A stretch of 64,000 bases of DNA. It comes from Basidiobolus meristosporus CBS 931.73. Its lineage: Eukaryota > Fungi > Basidiobolomycota. Position numbers and translations under genes: made by a program. Shown one piece after another: positions 14,001 to 27,220 of the stretch (position 1 is its first letter; each line of letters starts with the position of its first letter). The stretch covers positions 64,828 through 128,827 of the forward strand of contig MCFE01000207.1 in NCBI GenBank assembly GCA_002104905.1, in the 5' to 3' direction. The notes beneath the pieces are model-generated. The model saw only the letters and a program-made list of their open reading frames with translations, had not been told where the DNA came from and ran no database searches.

Positions 14001-14793
14001 CCAACACAAACTCATCCCAGGTAGAGATTGTAGAGCATCCCATCATGGTGGCTAACCTGATCTTATTCTGTTACTACTGTAAAGCTGCATCTGCCAGGTA
14101 AGAGGCTACATAATGTAACTTGCTTTCTGGAGCAATTCCCTTAGCCTTGAAAGCTCAATCAATCTGGAAGAGCCAAGTTCCAAAGTTTTCATTAACTTTA
14201 CCATGGTACTGGTTGGCCTTCACACAGAAGTTGCTCTTGACAGGGTTTTGCTGGCTTTGGGTCATGAAAGTTGCTCCTGGTTGCTGCTGGCTAAGGATCT
14301 GGAGTAATTGTAGCTGTTGGGCCAGGATTTGCTGCATAGCATTCTTCCATTCTTGATTTTCTGACATTTAGAGGGAGGCTTGTTCTTTCTTCAGAAGGAG
14401 GTTTCACATTATTGCTGCTACCAATGTTACAAGTCTTGATATAAGAGTTGTAGAGGAATAGGGAGTTTAGCAAGTGCTGTATTCATTAAAACTTGAACTA
14501 ATTATTATTGAGGTTCCAGCAGCTACTTATATACAGCTTGCCAGATCAATTGCTGACTAATTGTACTTCCTAATGTAGGCTGCAGCTGATGACTCATTTG
14601 ATTACATTATCATCACCCAATAAGATCCTACTCAATATATCTATTACTGTCTGATAAGGATCTCCTCATTCAGTTACTGACTAGTGCTACTGATTTGATA
14701 GATAACACTGATATACTGATAGGCTAAACATAAAACCAACTTATTTGACAAAAAGCCAATCTGACTTAAACACTAAAGCGGCATATCACAACA
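11012..14793 (-). mobile_element. Ty3/gypsy family A, degenerate 3'-truncated copy
   Basis: 5' LTR 14425-14793 homologous to 22284-22651; PBS TGGTAGCAGC; gag, protease, RT (YLDD at 12072-12431), RNase H and integrase remnants; ends within integrase. Confidence 0.92.
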
Positions 14794-14838
14794 CTACTAT
14801 GCACAAATACTGGACATAAGTATCACAATGGTAGTAAT

Positions 14839-15060
14839 GTGTTATGACCTACCACTTGAATGTTTAAGTTAGATCAGTGTTTAGCAAAGTCAATTAGTTT
14901 AGTAGGCATCCATTATTGTATTTGGCTTGTTCCAAAATTTGTTCTTGTAAGGGTAAAGATACTTTCTGTCTTTGTCACTTTTGACCAAAGTTGCATGGGT
15001 ATTGAGTCCCTGCTAGTTGAGCTTACAGCTGCTTTGACAGTGGTGACCAAATCTCTCTCT
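14839..15060 (+). repeat. Mosaic of LTR fragments (family A start, then a piece of the long family-B LTR)
   Basis: 14839-14900 resembles the start of LTR A; 14910-15060 resembles 39500-39650. Confidence 0.5.
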
Positions 15061-15249
15061 TGAAGTCATTCACCTTTCTAAATTTGGCATGTATCACAAA
15101 GGGCTCATGCAAGCTCCTCAGATGCACCAAGACTTACCAGATAATTTTAGCAGTTATCAACCTATTGAAAAGGGATTATCATTATTATCACTTGCTAGAA
15201 TTGTAAAATGATCTTCCTACACAAAATGGATCCCATACTATTACCACTC

Positions 15250-15930
15250 TCACATGTAGCTCCATAGTTTGATGGAAGGAATGTGAGGAGCATCATTTAC
15301 AAATGGGAGAAGCTCTGCAAGATGGGCTCCCTGTCTGCATAAGAAGTGGCTGAATACTTCTCCATCTACTACTCCAATAATGTTACCACTAAGCTTTTTA
15401 GACAAGATATTTTCAGTGACAGGACCTTGAGCAAAGTGTAACTGCAAACCAAGTATGTTAGATCCCAAATACTCTATGGAATTGTGGAACTGAGATACTT
15501 TGGAAGGACAGCATTTGCAAAGCTGCCACTTGAATAATTCATTCAGCAACATGAAGACATGTCCAAGCCACTGTTACAGTTGTGGGCTGTAACTGAGCTT
15601 ACCCTGATCTAATACCTTAATCAAGGACTTCCCAAGAACTTGGCACAGAAAGCTGACCTACTTACAGCCAAGTATAACAAGTCTAGGCTCATGCTTTGCA
15701 GAGATGAACTATGAACTTCCAGACACAAAGCATACTGCCAACTTTAAGAAGCTCTGACAGTTTAATCTGGCAGACCGGTTGACCAAAGAGGCAAGGGATA
15801 CTGCTGCTGAGAAGTAAGCATACACCACATACAGCATTAGTCAACTTGCCAAGCAGCTGCAGAAGCTAGCCCTCAAGATTAGTGATTCAGAGGAGATTGC
15901 TAAAGAAGGCCAAAGACCTTTGCCAAGCAT
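15250..15930 (+). pseudogene. Highly degraded coding remnant, possibly retrotransposon gag
   Basis: Interrupted helical-looking reading frames in CpG-depleted DNA; no diagnostic motif. Confidence 0.2.
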
Positions 15931-16639
15931 TATATCCGGTGTAAATATAGAGTTAAATAGGAAGTTGATTGGAGAACATTAACATAATACCCACTTGTTG
16001 TCTTTTTGGGTTGTAACAGAGTGTTGGTACTATAGCACAACTATGTAAAAGCACCACTTGGTCCTTGTTGGAAGATACTCAGAAGTATTAGTGCCAAGTT
16101 TCTGTTCACTTGGACAAGTTTCAGCGCTTTTTGAATCTCAGCATTTCACTAATTCCTGATGAATAGCAAATATCTTGCAAACTAATCTTCAGATAATAAC
16201 CTGAAATACACTGTCTAACTGAGTGCTAGTGCAACGTATATCAGAAACTAGGTGGACTTACAACTATTCATACATCCCAGCAGCTAGCAAGTTTTTGATG
16301 TGTCATTTCATGCTTGACATCAAGCATTTGCATGTACAGACACCCTGACTACTTAAACAAGCAACAATGCCCATCAGAAGGAAGGAAGAAAAATTCAGTT
16401 TATATAAAAGATGCTACCAGCAAATACTGTAACTATAAGAGGTGCTGTAATACTCCCATTTGATTACAGCTTTGCACAGAGCTTTAGTGGCTACTCCATC
16501 TATGCAACATCTGAGCTTTCCACAAGTTACAAGGATGTCCTCCCGGATGAGACATCAAGACACATATTTACATTCTAGACACCATTTGACACCATTACAA
16601 GATAAAAATACTTGAAGAATGTCCCAAAGGTTTTAAAAT

Positions 16640-16986
16640 GCATAGCACATCCAAACAGTTAGATATTAGTAATTTGAAACCTGAGAAACAGACAAATGCC
16701 ATCAATGGTGCAGAAATGGCATGGACAGTTACACAGACCTAGGCCATGTGTCATGGGAACCAATGAGGGTACTTGCCTAAACTGATTACATCTGGTGGAC
16801 ACAAAGTTAAGCTAAATCTAGGATAACCATTGCTGATAACTTATGAGAGTATCATGACTCAGGGGTAATACTGATAATTTGTGCAAAGAAGAATGGGACA
16901 AACTCATAAGAATAAATATGAATAAGTGCATCATTATAGCAATGTTAGTGAACTTGTCAATGGGAAGTATGACTTCCCTACTATAC
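16640..16986 (-). repeat. Family-B LTR fragment (U3 end)
   Basis: Similar to 5840-6147 and 8960-9270; ends CCCTACTATA. Confidence 0.65.
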
Positions 16987-16989
16987 TAT

Positions 16990-18021
16990 TATATCAAAGC
17001 GCATATTATTATCTGAACTGATGATACCCCTGCCATCAGCAAGATAGCTGGCATTTCTGGGCACCCTAGATGGGTTACTGATGAGTGTATAAGATCCAGG
17101 GCATATACTTAATAACTCACACATATTATCATTGTCCAAATACCAGCGCAAAGAACATCATCTTCCCACAGAGAACATATAAATTTTGGCATGTGATTGC
17201 AGCAAAGTTGGCAAGCTATAAGCCATTGGCCAGAATATTTGGTCAATTGGAAACAGGAAATAGTTAAGACAGAGAATATTTGCTGGAGCAAAAGATATTC
17301 CTTGAGGTTATTCTTGAGGTACTCTTGCAAAAGTGGCAGCAACTAAGTATATGTTTGCAAAATGTATATGATACCAGCAATAATAGATATATGGCAACTT
17401 TGCAAGTATCAAATTAAAAAGCTGTAAAGTTGAAGTCTTATTAATGTATCAACTGCAGGTGAGCAAATAGATAGAGACTGGTAAGCAGGAGGCCATAGTT
17501 TTCTTTGATCTAAATAATATGTGGAATATGCAAGGTAGTACTAGGTAAGCAAATAAAGAGGGGTGCTTCACAAGTGGAATATTTGACTGTCACAGGGGAA
17601 GGAAGAGAGAAAAAACCATTTGGTAAATTAGTGAGGTGGCATAATACAGATTTAGCTGTGGACCACTGTACTGCATTGTAATCCATGCAAAGCTTTGTGA
17701 TGAGGTCATCAGTGCACCATCAAGTCTCCAGCTAAATAAGGCAATTAGATGTATTAGCTTGTTAGGTCTGCTGAAACAAACAAAAAGTGCATTAAGACCA
17801 TTGGAATGCCATGCAATTTTAGTCCAAAAACTGCTTGAGCACAGCCAAGTTTATTACTTTATTTAGTAGTAAAATCAGCAAAATACCATCATGATCCTGT
17901 CACAAGATTGTCCAGATAGTCAATAATTTCAAGCTGATAGTATTATGATAGATGCATTGGGTGATCCTGATGGCTAATCTGGATTGCATCCACCCTGAGG
18001 ATAAAGCTATTTTTCACCAGG
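16990..18021 (+). mobile_element. CACTA-like transposase 3' remnants with a degenerate right terminus
   Basis: Homologous to 27830-28090 and 29080-29783; degenerate TIR TATTTTTCACCAGG at about 18008-18021. Confidence 0.65.
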
Positions 18022-18029
18022 CAGCAATG

Positions 18030-18330
18030 CAAGTCAATTTCAATAGACTTTGTTCCTTACCTCCCAGAATCAAACTGATTTAATTCAGTCCTAGTAGTGG
18101 CAGGTAAACTCACAAAGATGGCTCACTTCATTCCCTAGTCCAAGAGCATATATGCCAAGGAGACTACCCACTCAGTAATCTAGAGCATCTTCCAACTCCA
18201 TGGTATTCCCAGTGACATTGTATTGGATAGAGGACCCCAGTTCAAATCAAATTTGCAGTAACACCTTGTGAAATATCTTGGTGTGCTAGTCAAGCTCTCA
18301 ACTAGTTTCCATCCTCAGCAGATTGCTGGA
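18030..18330 (+). pseudogene. Chromovirus-type (Tf1/MAGGY-like) integrase core remnant
   Basis: ISIDFVPYLP..FNSVLVVAGKLTKMAHFIP..HGIPSDIVLDRGPQF..KLSTSFHPQ. Confidence 0.75.
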
Positions 18331-18929
18331 CTAAAAGAATTACCCAGATCCTTGATCAATACCTTTAGTGCTATATCAGCTTACAGCAAGACAACAGGAA
18401 CCTGCTGTGGTGGTGTAGCAGTACTTATGAGAGAAGCTACACAACACCAGGTGTGTGAAGTGTCTGATGGGTGCAATAGCCCTATGAAAAATTATTGAGA
18501 TGATAGCATCAAAAGGCCATCACAAAGTTAAAGTCCTGTGAGTAGAGATACTGATCTTGCTGGGACACCATCCACAGACTGTTGAAAAATAATTGCACCC
18601 CAGATTTCACAAAAAACTTTGTCAAAATTTTTCATCACAACAATGTATAAGTGGCTTCTGATTGGTTCCCTGCCAATTTGCTCACTTTCTGATCCTGGAC
18701 ACTCTAGTACCTCCTACATTTGTGTGACTTGACTGGCTATTGCCTCTTTTTCACACTGCTTACTTCCTGACTCAACCGTTTCTCTTACTTTTCTTGGAAC
18801 AAATTTATTAATTTTGGTAGAAACTTCAGTTGTACCTCAATTGCCAATTGTATTGACATAAACAAGTTTCCATACACTACACTAACATTAAGCTCAACCC
18901 AACACTCAACTAGTAACTCCATTAAAATC

Positions 18930-21648
18930 CACTATTCAATTAGTATTTCTGCGGTAATGTTCTGGTTCCACAACTTTGATGGGAACCCAATGGCTTTATG
19001 CCACTGTTCATTCACTGGTTCCCACACATCTTGGTCTTCAGCTGGCACTGCAAGGTCTAGCTCCTCATCTGCCAGCCTTTGCAATAGGTCCTTGCAACAT
19101 TCCAGTATGTTTTCTTGAGCACTGCTCATGAAGAAGTGCTGCAACCTCTTGGTGTGCCAATTAATGTCCAAAGCTCCACTAAAGGCATTGTGATAGTTCT
19201 TCAAGCTCTTGACATTGTAGCCTTATCTGTTAGTGGGATCTCCAATCTGTCAACAATGAAGGCTGTGGAGGCTGTGGTAGACAAATTGCCTCTTTCAGCA
19301 AACTCATCTACCTTGCTGGAGTGTAGCTCAACTGGCTGCACTTCCAACTCATGTGAAAACAGCTGCTTTCTTGTTGGTAATTCTTCTTGACTATGATGGG
19401 ATTCAGACTCTTCCTGGCTTGCAGTGTTAATTGGTGAGAACTGCAGTTTTTTTGCATGCCTACCTGTCTCAGGCTTGGGTAAATATTTTTCCCTTGACCT
19501 TTTCCATTATCTCTGCCAGGTCTTTCACTGCTACTTTGACAGGGTGCTTCTTGAGTGGTACTACACCTTTTCCTTGATAAATATTGTGTTGTTACATCTG
19601 TGTCTGCCTGCTTATCCTTGGTTGGCACTCTTCCAGCTACCTGACATCTCTTTGACGCTTTTCTGGAGCTTTTAGCTCTGGTTGTAATGGGCTATTGAGG
19701 AAGTTGCTGGTTTTTAGCCATGGCACCCTTGTTCTTATGGTTTTAATAGTTTCTGCTATTCTTAAGATACTAGACTTGTTCCGTTGGATAGTGCCACATT
19801 GAGCCATGAGTGCCATATGATGCCATAGTGTGCCAAAGGGGTAAAGTGAGCTTATACTTGGCCACAGAGTGTGAAACATAGATCTGCATCTTCATGTAAA
19901 GCAGCCCCTGTGTTTCACCCATTGAGCTGGAAAAAGTCCATTTTTTTACCTTTTTTTTTGAATCAATGTCATGCAGGATGTGTAAGAGCACAAAAAGATA
20001 TAAGACATGCATTGGGTACTCAATACCCATGGCACTCTGAATCTAGCTCCTGTAGCTTGTATCATGTCACAAATATGAATGGCACTATCTTGGTCCACTG
20101 GTACTATCTGGCACTATAAGTGCTTTGTACAGATCTTACTTTAGGGCTAGTATTTAAATATAGTGCCTGATAGTACCGGTGGACCAAGATAGTGCCATTC
20201 ATTTTTGTGACATGATACAAGCTACAGGAGCTAGATTCAGAGTGCCATGGGTATTGAGTACCAGATGCATATCTTCAGTCTGCTTGTGCTCTAACATATC
20301 CTGCACAACATTGATTCAAAAAAAAAGGTCAAAAAATGGATTTTCTCCAACACAATGGGTGAAACACAGGGGCTGCTTTGCATGAAGATGCGGAGCTATG
20401 TTTCACACCCTGTGGCCAGGTAGAGGCTCAATTGGACTCTCTGGCATACTATGGCATCATTTGGCACTCATGGCTCAATGTGGCACTATCCAACAGAACA
20501 AGTCTACTTTGTTAGCATACCAACGCTGGCACAAAATCTGTTAGCCCATGTGAATCCGGGATAATGCTCATGGAACAAGTCAAGTGCATTCTACTTGGCC
20601 TTGAGTTCCTGATGGTCCCATGGTATGTTGGCCTTATGGTGATGGCATGCTAGACTTCTGATAGCCTCTTGTATTTCAGCCTACTCTTCACTATTGCACT
20701 CAATGGCTTCACAGAACTTCAATGTCTTTTGAATTTTAGGCTTTAGTATAAACACCACATTGTCTCCCTCCCACACTGTGATAAATTTTTCTGTGGGCTC
20801 TATATTTGGGCATTGTTATTGTGCTTCAAAGACTGTACAGTGTTCCTCTGCTGTTACATTGCAAAATGGCACAATTCTTGGTTGTGACATTGAGCTACTT
20901 GAGTTCCTTCTTTGCAGCAAAGATACTGCTTTCTCTACCTGGGATATTGATTGCTCTTCACATATTATCCCCTCATCTGGTTTCTGGACTATTTCCTGAT
21001 TTCTCTGGGCCATAGCGGGAAGAGTGCCAATAAGGGACAAGCAGGCAGACATGGATGCACCAGCGCTACATTTATCAAGAAAAAAGCATAGTACCACTCA
21101 AGTAGCACTCAGTCAAAGTAGCAGTGAAGGACCCGGCAGTGGTAAAGATAAGCGGCTTTCTCAGGAGCCTGCTTTATCTACTGGGTATATAAATTGCTTT
21201 ATACATATTATCTGCGCATCCTGTTTCTGGACTATTTCCTGATTTTGTGGGCCATTGCATCTATTCCATCAGCCACTGCACCTAATTGCCTTATTAATGC
21301 TTTGGTATGAGCTGACAATATACTTGCTGATATGGGTGGTGGTAATGTTATTATGGCCACTTGCTGGTCTTCAACTTAGAGTACTGTGTTTGCTACATTC
21401 TCATCTGCCTGAGCATAACCATCACCTTGTAGCTCCACAGAGATTCTCCATTGCCTACTTGACTGAGAGCCTGAGGAGTCCACATAATATCCTTCAATGG
21501 GCACACTGTCCACAGGGTCTTTTTTGTATATAGCCCCACTTGTTGCACTGAATGTCAAAGCAAGCTGTTGTCCAACCATTCTTCTGATGCCATCAGTTGT
21601 GGTGTTTAGTTGAGAACCAGACAACTTTGCTTTATTTTTTGGTGGCAT
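18930..21648 (-). pseudogene. CACTA accessory ORF2 (starts MPPKNKAKLSGSQLN), degenerate and interrupted by MITE 1
   Basis: ATG at 21648; homologous peptides recur at 3300-5100, 33400-35330, 35860-37680 and 41700-42750. Confidence 0.6.
19772..20505. mobile_element. Foldback MITE copy 1 (734 bp; 347-bp arms, 40-bp spacer)
   Basis: AGACTTGTTC...GAACAAGTCT termini; TSD ACT/ACT; empty-site homologue at about 4360. Confidence 0.92.
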
Positions 21649-22283
21649 ATATATTAAAGTGAATGAAACTAAAGGGAAAATACTGTTGTTAATATGTGTG
21701 TACGTGGTGCCACAACTATATTTATATTGCTTACTATGGCAGGTCATCATTGAATCTTACATTCATGTAGGTGCAATGTCTCCAATACAAGACTGTCTTT
21801 AGCTCACATGAGTATTGACTAAAAAGCAATATAATGGTGTTACATTGTTGAAGGTCAAACTGTTTGCCCCATGGACAAGACTACTTTGACTCAACACCTT
21901 AAGAGAAGAGAAAAAAGACCATGTGGCTAGAGTGGCAAGCCTCTCAGCCATGAAGTATGCAGCCTTCTGAATATGGCATGCAGAGTGACAGCTCTGAAGG
22001 AGAAGGTTCACTGATGGATTTTGAGCATACCTCCCCTAATAACAGTACCATGTATGAGTCCCGCCAAGTCCTTATATGCAATGAGGAAACACTTGTCAAA
22101 ACAAATGCCAAGGATACTTTATGGAGCCAAGTGAGCGCAGTAATTCATCTACTTGTGAATGATGTAATGTTGTGGCTAGAGAAGTGGAGCATTTCCACTA
22201 ATAACAGTAATGGGGGCTTTGAGGATTTATTATTACTTCCTGCCAAAATCACACCAGGATGCAACTTACCATGTACATGATAC

Positions 22284-25200
22284 TGTTATGATCTGCTGCT
22301 TGAATGTTCAAGTTAGATCAGTTTTTAGTCAAATCAATTAGTATATGTCTAGGTTATCAGTATATCAGTATTATCTATGATATCAGTGGCATTAGTCAGC
22401 AAATGAATCAGCAGATCCTTATCAGACAGAAATAGATATATTAAGTAGGATCTTACTGGGTGAGGATGATGCAATCAAATGAGTCATCAGCCACAACCTA
22501 TATTAGGAAATACAATTAGTCAGCAATTGATCTGGAAAAATGTATATAAGGTGCTGCTGGAACCTCAATAAAAATCAGTTCAAGTTTTAGTGAATACAAT
22601 ACTAGCTAAACTCCCTATTCCTCTACAACTCTTATACCAAGACTTGTAACATTGGTAGCAGCAATAACCAGAAACCTCCCTCCTAAAGAAAGAAGAAACC
22701 ACCCTCAAGATGTTGGACAATCAAGAATGGACGTATGCCATGCAGCAAATCCTGGCCCAACAGCAACAGTTACTCCAGATCCTCAGCCAACAGCAACAAG
22801 GAAAGACTACCATGGCTCAGAACCAGCAAAGCCCTGTTAAGAGCAACTTTAGTGTGAAGGTCAACCGGTACCGTAGCAGAGTCAATGAAAACCTGGGAAC
22901 TTGGCTCTTTCAGATTGAAAAAGCTTTTAAAACTAAAGAAATTGCTCCAGAAAGCAAGTTGCATTATGCAGCTTCTTACCTGGCAGATGCAGCTTTACAG
23001 TGGTACCACAATAAGATCAGGTTGGCCACTATGATGGGATGCTCTACAATCTCTACCTGGGATGAGTTTGTGTCGGAAATTCAGGATGCTTTTGAACCTC
23101 CACACCAGCAGACACTACTAAGAAGGAAGTTAAAGACACTCAGACAGAAAGGAATGGTGCAAGAATACATCTATGAGTACAGATATCTACTTGGACAAAT
23201 TGAAAGAATGGACCCCTTGGATCAAGTTGAATACTTTGTTGATGGGTTGAAAGAAAGAACTTGCAAGGAAGTGAATTACCAAAGACCTCAGACTATTGAA
23301 GAAGCCATCAAGATTGCCATTGACTATGATTCAGCTATGTTTGGAGTTGGGAAGCCTACAGTTTCTAATCAGAAAGGCTACAATCATTATGAAAGAAGAC
23401 AATCAGAAGCAGTACCAATGGAAATAGATGCTATGCAGAAGAATCCTACCTCAGAAGAATGTAAGAAGAAAGGACTTTGCTTCAATTGCCACCAGCAAGG
23501 ACATATTGCAAAGTACTGCCCTCAGAGAAGAAATGGACACCAGCTAACAAGAACCTTCAATCATATTGAGTCCCATGAACACAGTAATGTTGAAGATGTG
23601 CTTGAAGAAGACTCAGAACTCACCTTCCATATGACAGAAGAGTACTTGTCCCAAAAGACCTCAAACTCAGGGAAGTTATTGTACTTGAATGGAGTAATCA
23701 ATGGAGTACCTGCCAAGATCATGATTGACTCAGGAGCATTGCATGAGTACATGCCAGAGCAATTTGCCTTGAAAGCTGGAATCAACTTGAAACCTACCAA
23801 ATCAACTTCAGTCTCCACAGCTGATGGGAACTCTCACATAATCAACTGTATTACCCAGCCAGTAAGAATGAAGATCAATGACTATGAAGAAGACCTACAG
23901 GCTTATATATTTGGGAACTGCAAGTTTGACCTTGTACTTGGAAAAACCTGGCTATTTTGTTGTAATCCATCAATCAACTGAAGAACCCATGCTACTCAGA
24001 TCCAAAAAGACAACAAGACCTATGAGCTATTACCTGCCAGGCTGGATTTCAACTTGGTCAATTTCAGTAAGTGTGAGACAAGTGAACTTAGCAAGACCCA
24101 GTTCTGTAGAGCACTTAGAAAAGGCAACCAGATATTCCTCATGGCTGATTTACAGGAGGATTCCACTACCCCAACACCCCAGCAGGTCCAGACTCTGTTG
24201 AAGAAATATTTGGACATGTTTCCAGATGAGCTTGTAAGCCTACCACCAGTCAGAGACGTGGATCATGCCATTGACACAGGAGATAGCCCTCCAGTGAGCA
24301 AGACACCTTACAGAATAAGTCCATTGGAATTGGAGGAAATGAAGAGACAAATTGATCAGCTATTGGAGCAAGGATACATCAGGCCCAGCAAGTCACCCTG
24401 GGGAGCACCAGTACTTTTGTGAAAAAGAAGGATGGAACACTTAGGATGTGCATTGACTACAGAGCCCTGAACTCAGTTACCATCAAGAATAAGTACCCCA
24501 TACCTTGGATTGATGAGCTTTTGGACCAACTTAATGGAGCCACTATTTTCAGCAAGATTGACCTCATGTCAGGATACAACCAGATTAGGGTGAAGCCAGA
24601 AGACATCCCTAAGACAGCATTCAGGACCAGATATAGACATTACAAGTACTTAGTCATGAGTTTTGGCCTCACTAATGCCCCTGCAACTTTCATGACCCTG
24701 ATGCAGACTGTCTTCCAGGAGTACTTAGACAAGTTTGTCATAATCTACCTAGATGATATACTGATATACATCAAGACAGAAGAGGATCACTTGGTGCACA
24801 TTGAAAAGGTCTTGAAGAAGCTAAGAGAGAACAAGCTTTATGGCAAGCTACCCAAGTGTGAATTCTTCAAGGAACACATAGAATATCTGGGACACATAGT
24901 GACTAGCACAGGAGTAACCTTAGACTTCAAGAAGGTGGAAGTAATCAAGAATTTGAAGCAGCCCCATAGCATATCAGAACTCAGATCATTCCTTGGAATG
25001 GTTTCCTATTATTGGAGATTTGTCAAGTCTTTTGCAAGTATTGCAGCCCCTTTAACTGATACCCTCAAGAAAGACAATGCCTACAAGTGGGACATAGCTT
25101 GTGAGACTGCCTTCCAGATGCTCAAGAATGAACTTGCTAAGCTGCCAAGCTTAAGAATACCAGACTTCAGAAAAGAGTTCACTCTGTGCACAGATGCTTC

Positions 25201-27220
25201 AGATTATGTACTTGGTGGAGTGCTGAGCCAAGAACACAAGGGAAAGGACTACCTTGTTGCCTTTGAATCCAAGAAACTGAACTCAGCAGAACAAAACTAT
25301 CCAGTCCATGAGAAGGAGATGCTTGCTATAATACACTGTTTGAAGACATGGAGATGCTATATTGAAGGAGTCATATGCACTGTGAAGACTGATCATGCCT
25401 CTCTCAAGTATATATTTACTCAGAAGGTACTCTCTAGAAGAATGACAAGATGGAGTGAATACATTCAGCAATTTGACCTGGAGATTTTCTACTGCCCTGG
25501 AAAAAACAACACAGTTGCTGATGCCTTATCAAGATTAGATCAAGTTGCACAACTCAACTTGGTGCATGAATCGGATTGGCCTAGCCTATTACCAAAGTAC
25601 TTGGAGGACCAAGCCATTCCTAATGAGGTGGATGAAGATATCAAGAAGATAATCTGTGATGAAGCCAGCAAATTTGTTGTAGAGGATGAAACACTCTACC
25701 AAATTGTTGATGGAAGCCCTATTGCCTATTGTCCTTATGTTGCTCACCTGGATTTAATACATAAACTACACAATGGATATGGACATCTTGGGATTGAAGG
25801 AACCTATAGCCTTGTGAAAGCCAGAGCATGGTGGCCCAGAATGAAACACAATATTGAGAAGCTAGTGAAAACATGCCCAAACTGCCAAATCAATCAAGGC
25901 CAGCCACAAAGAATTGCCAAACTCTTCCCTTTGGAGCCTGTAAGACCATTTGAGAGATGGGGAATGGACTTTATTGGGAGACTGCCAACTACCAGGAAAT
26001 GCAACCTTTGAATCCTAGTAGCAATTGACCATGCTACTATATGGCCAGTTGCTAAAGCTGTACCAATAGCCAGTGAACAAGAAGTTGCAAGTTTCATTTA
26101 CCATGAGATCTTGATGAAGTTTGGATGCCCTGTGGAGATCTTATCCAATAGAGGTGCAAACTTTATGGCAAAGACATTAGAGGCTTACCTGGAAATGCAG
26201 CAGATCAGACACTTGAAAACCTTGGCATATCACCCCAGAACTAATGGAGTCACTGAGCGGTTTATTGGATTATTTGGAAAAATGCTGACCAAGTATGCAA
26301 ATGAAGTTGTCAGTAGATGGGATGAGTATATAGACCAAGCGCTCTCTGCATGCAGAGTCAGAGTACACAACACTACCCAGCAATCACCATTTTGCTTAGT
26401 TTATGGATGTGAACCAAGGATTCCAGGAGATCTCACACAACCAAAACTTACAGACACCTTAGCAGATGAACTCAGTCAGCCAAGTAGACACCAGCAACTG
26501 GAACAAAGACGCCAAGAGGCACAGACCAAAGTATCTCAAAGTGCACAAAAGATGAAGCAGAGATTTGATAAGACTATAGCACCAGAAGCATTGACAGTTG
26601 GGAACTTTGTATTGCTAAGAAACAACACTTGGAAGAAGTTTGAGCCACAATGGACAGGACCATTCAAGATCATCAGAGAATGTCCATTTGCAACTTACCA
26701 ACTGGTGGACAAACAAGGCAATATCCAGGAAGACTAAGTGCATAGGGACTGACTCAAGCTTGCAAGACTTGCTGCTAATACTGAACCATCAAGATATTGG
26801 TATCACAAGAAAAGAGATTCAGGAGAACCCTCTCAACTTTAGTAGGGGAGAATGTTATAATCTGCCGCTTGAATGTTTAAGTTAGATCAGTTTTTAGTCA
26901 AATCAATTAGTATATGTTTAGGTTATCAGTATATCAGTATTATCTATGAAATCAGTAGCATTAGTCAGCAAATGAATCAGCAGATCCTTATCAGCCAGAA
27001 ATAGATATATTAAGTAGGATCTTATTGGGTGAGGATGATGCAATCAAATGAGTCATCAGCCACAACCTATATTAGGAAATACAATTAGTCAGCAATTGAT
27101 CTGGCAAAATGTAAATAAGGAGCCGCTGGAACCTCAATAAAAATCAGTTCAAGTTTTAGTGAGTACAATATTAGCTAAACTCCCTATTCCTCTACAACTC
27201 TTATACCAAGACTTGTAACA
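22284..27220 (+). mobile_element. Near-intact Ty3/gypsy LTR retrotransposon, family A
   Basis: 368-bp TG..CA LTRs (22284-22651, 26853-27220) with about 14 differences by eye; PBS TGGTAGCAG (tRNA-iMet-like); PPT AGTAGGGGAGAA; 4-bp TSD ATAC. Confidence 0.97.
22710..26737 (+). pseudogene. gag-pol polyprotein (gag, CCHC knuckle, aspartic protease, RT, RNase H, integrase) with two TGA stops and one 1-bp deletion
   Basis: CFNCHQQGHIAKYC; IDSGA; YLDD; TDASD; H..H..CPNC; MDFIG; HPRTNGVTER. Confidence 0.95.
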
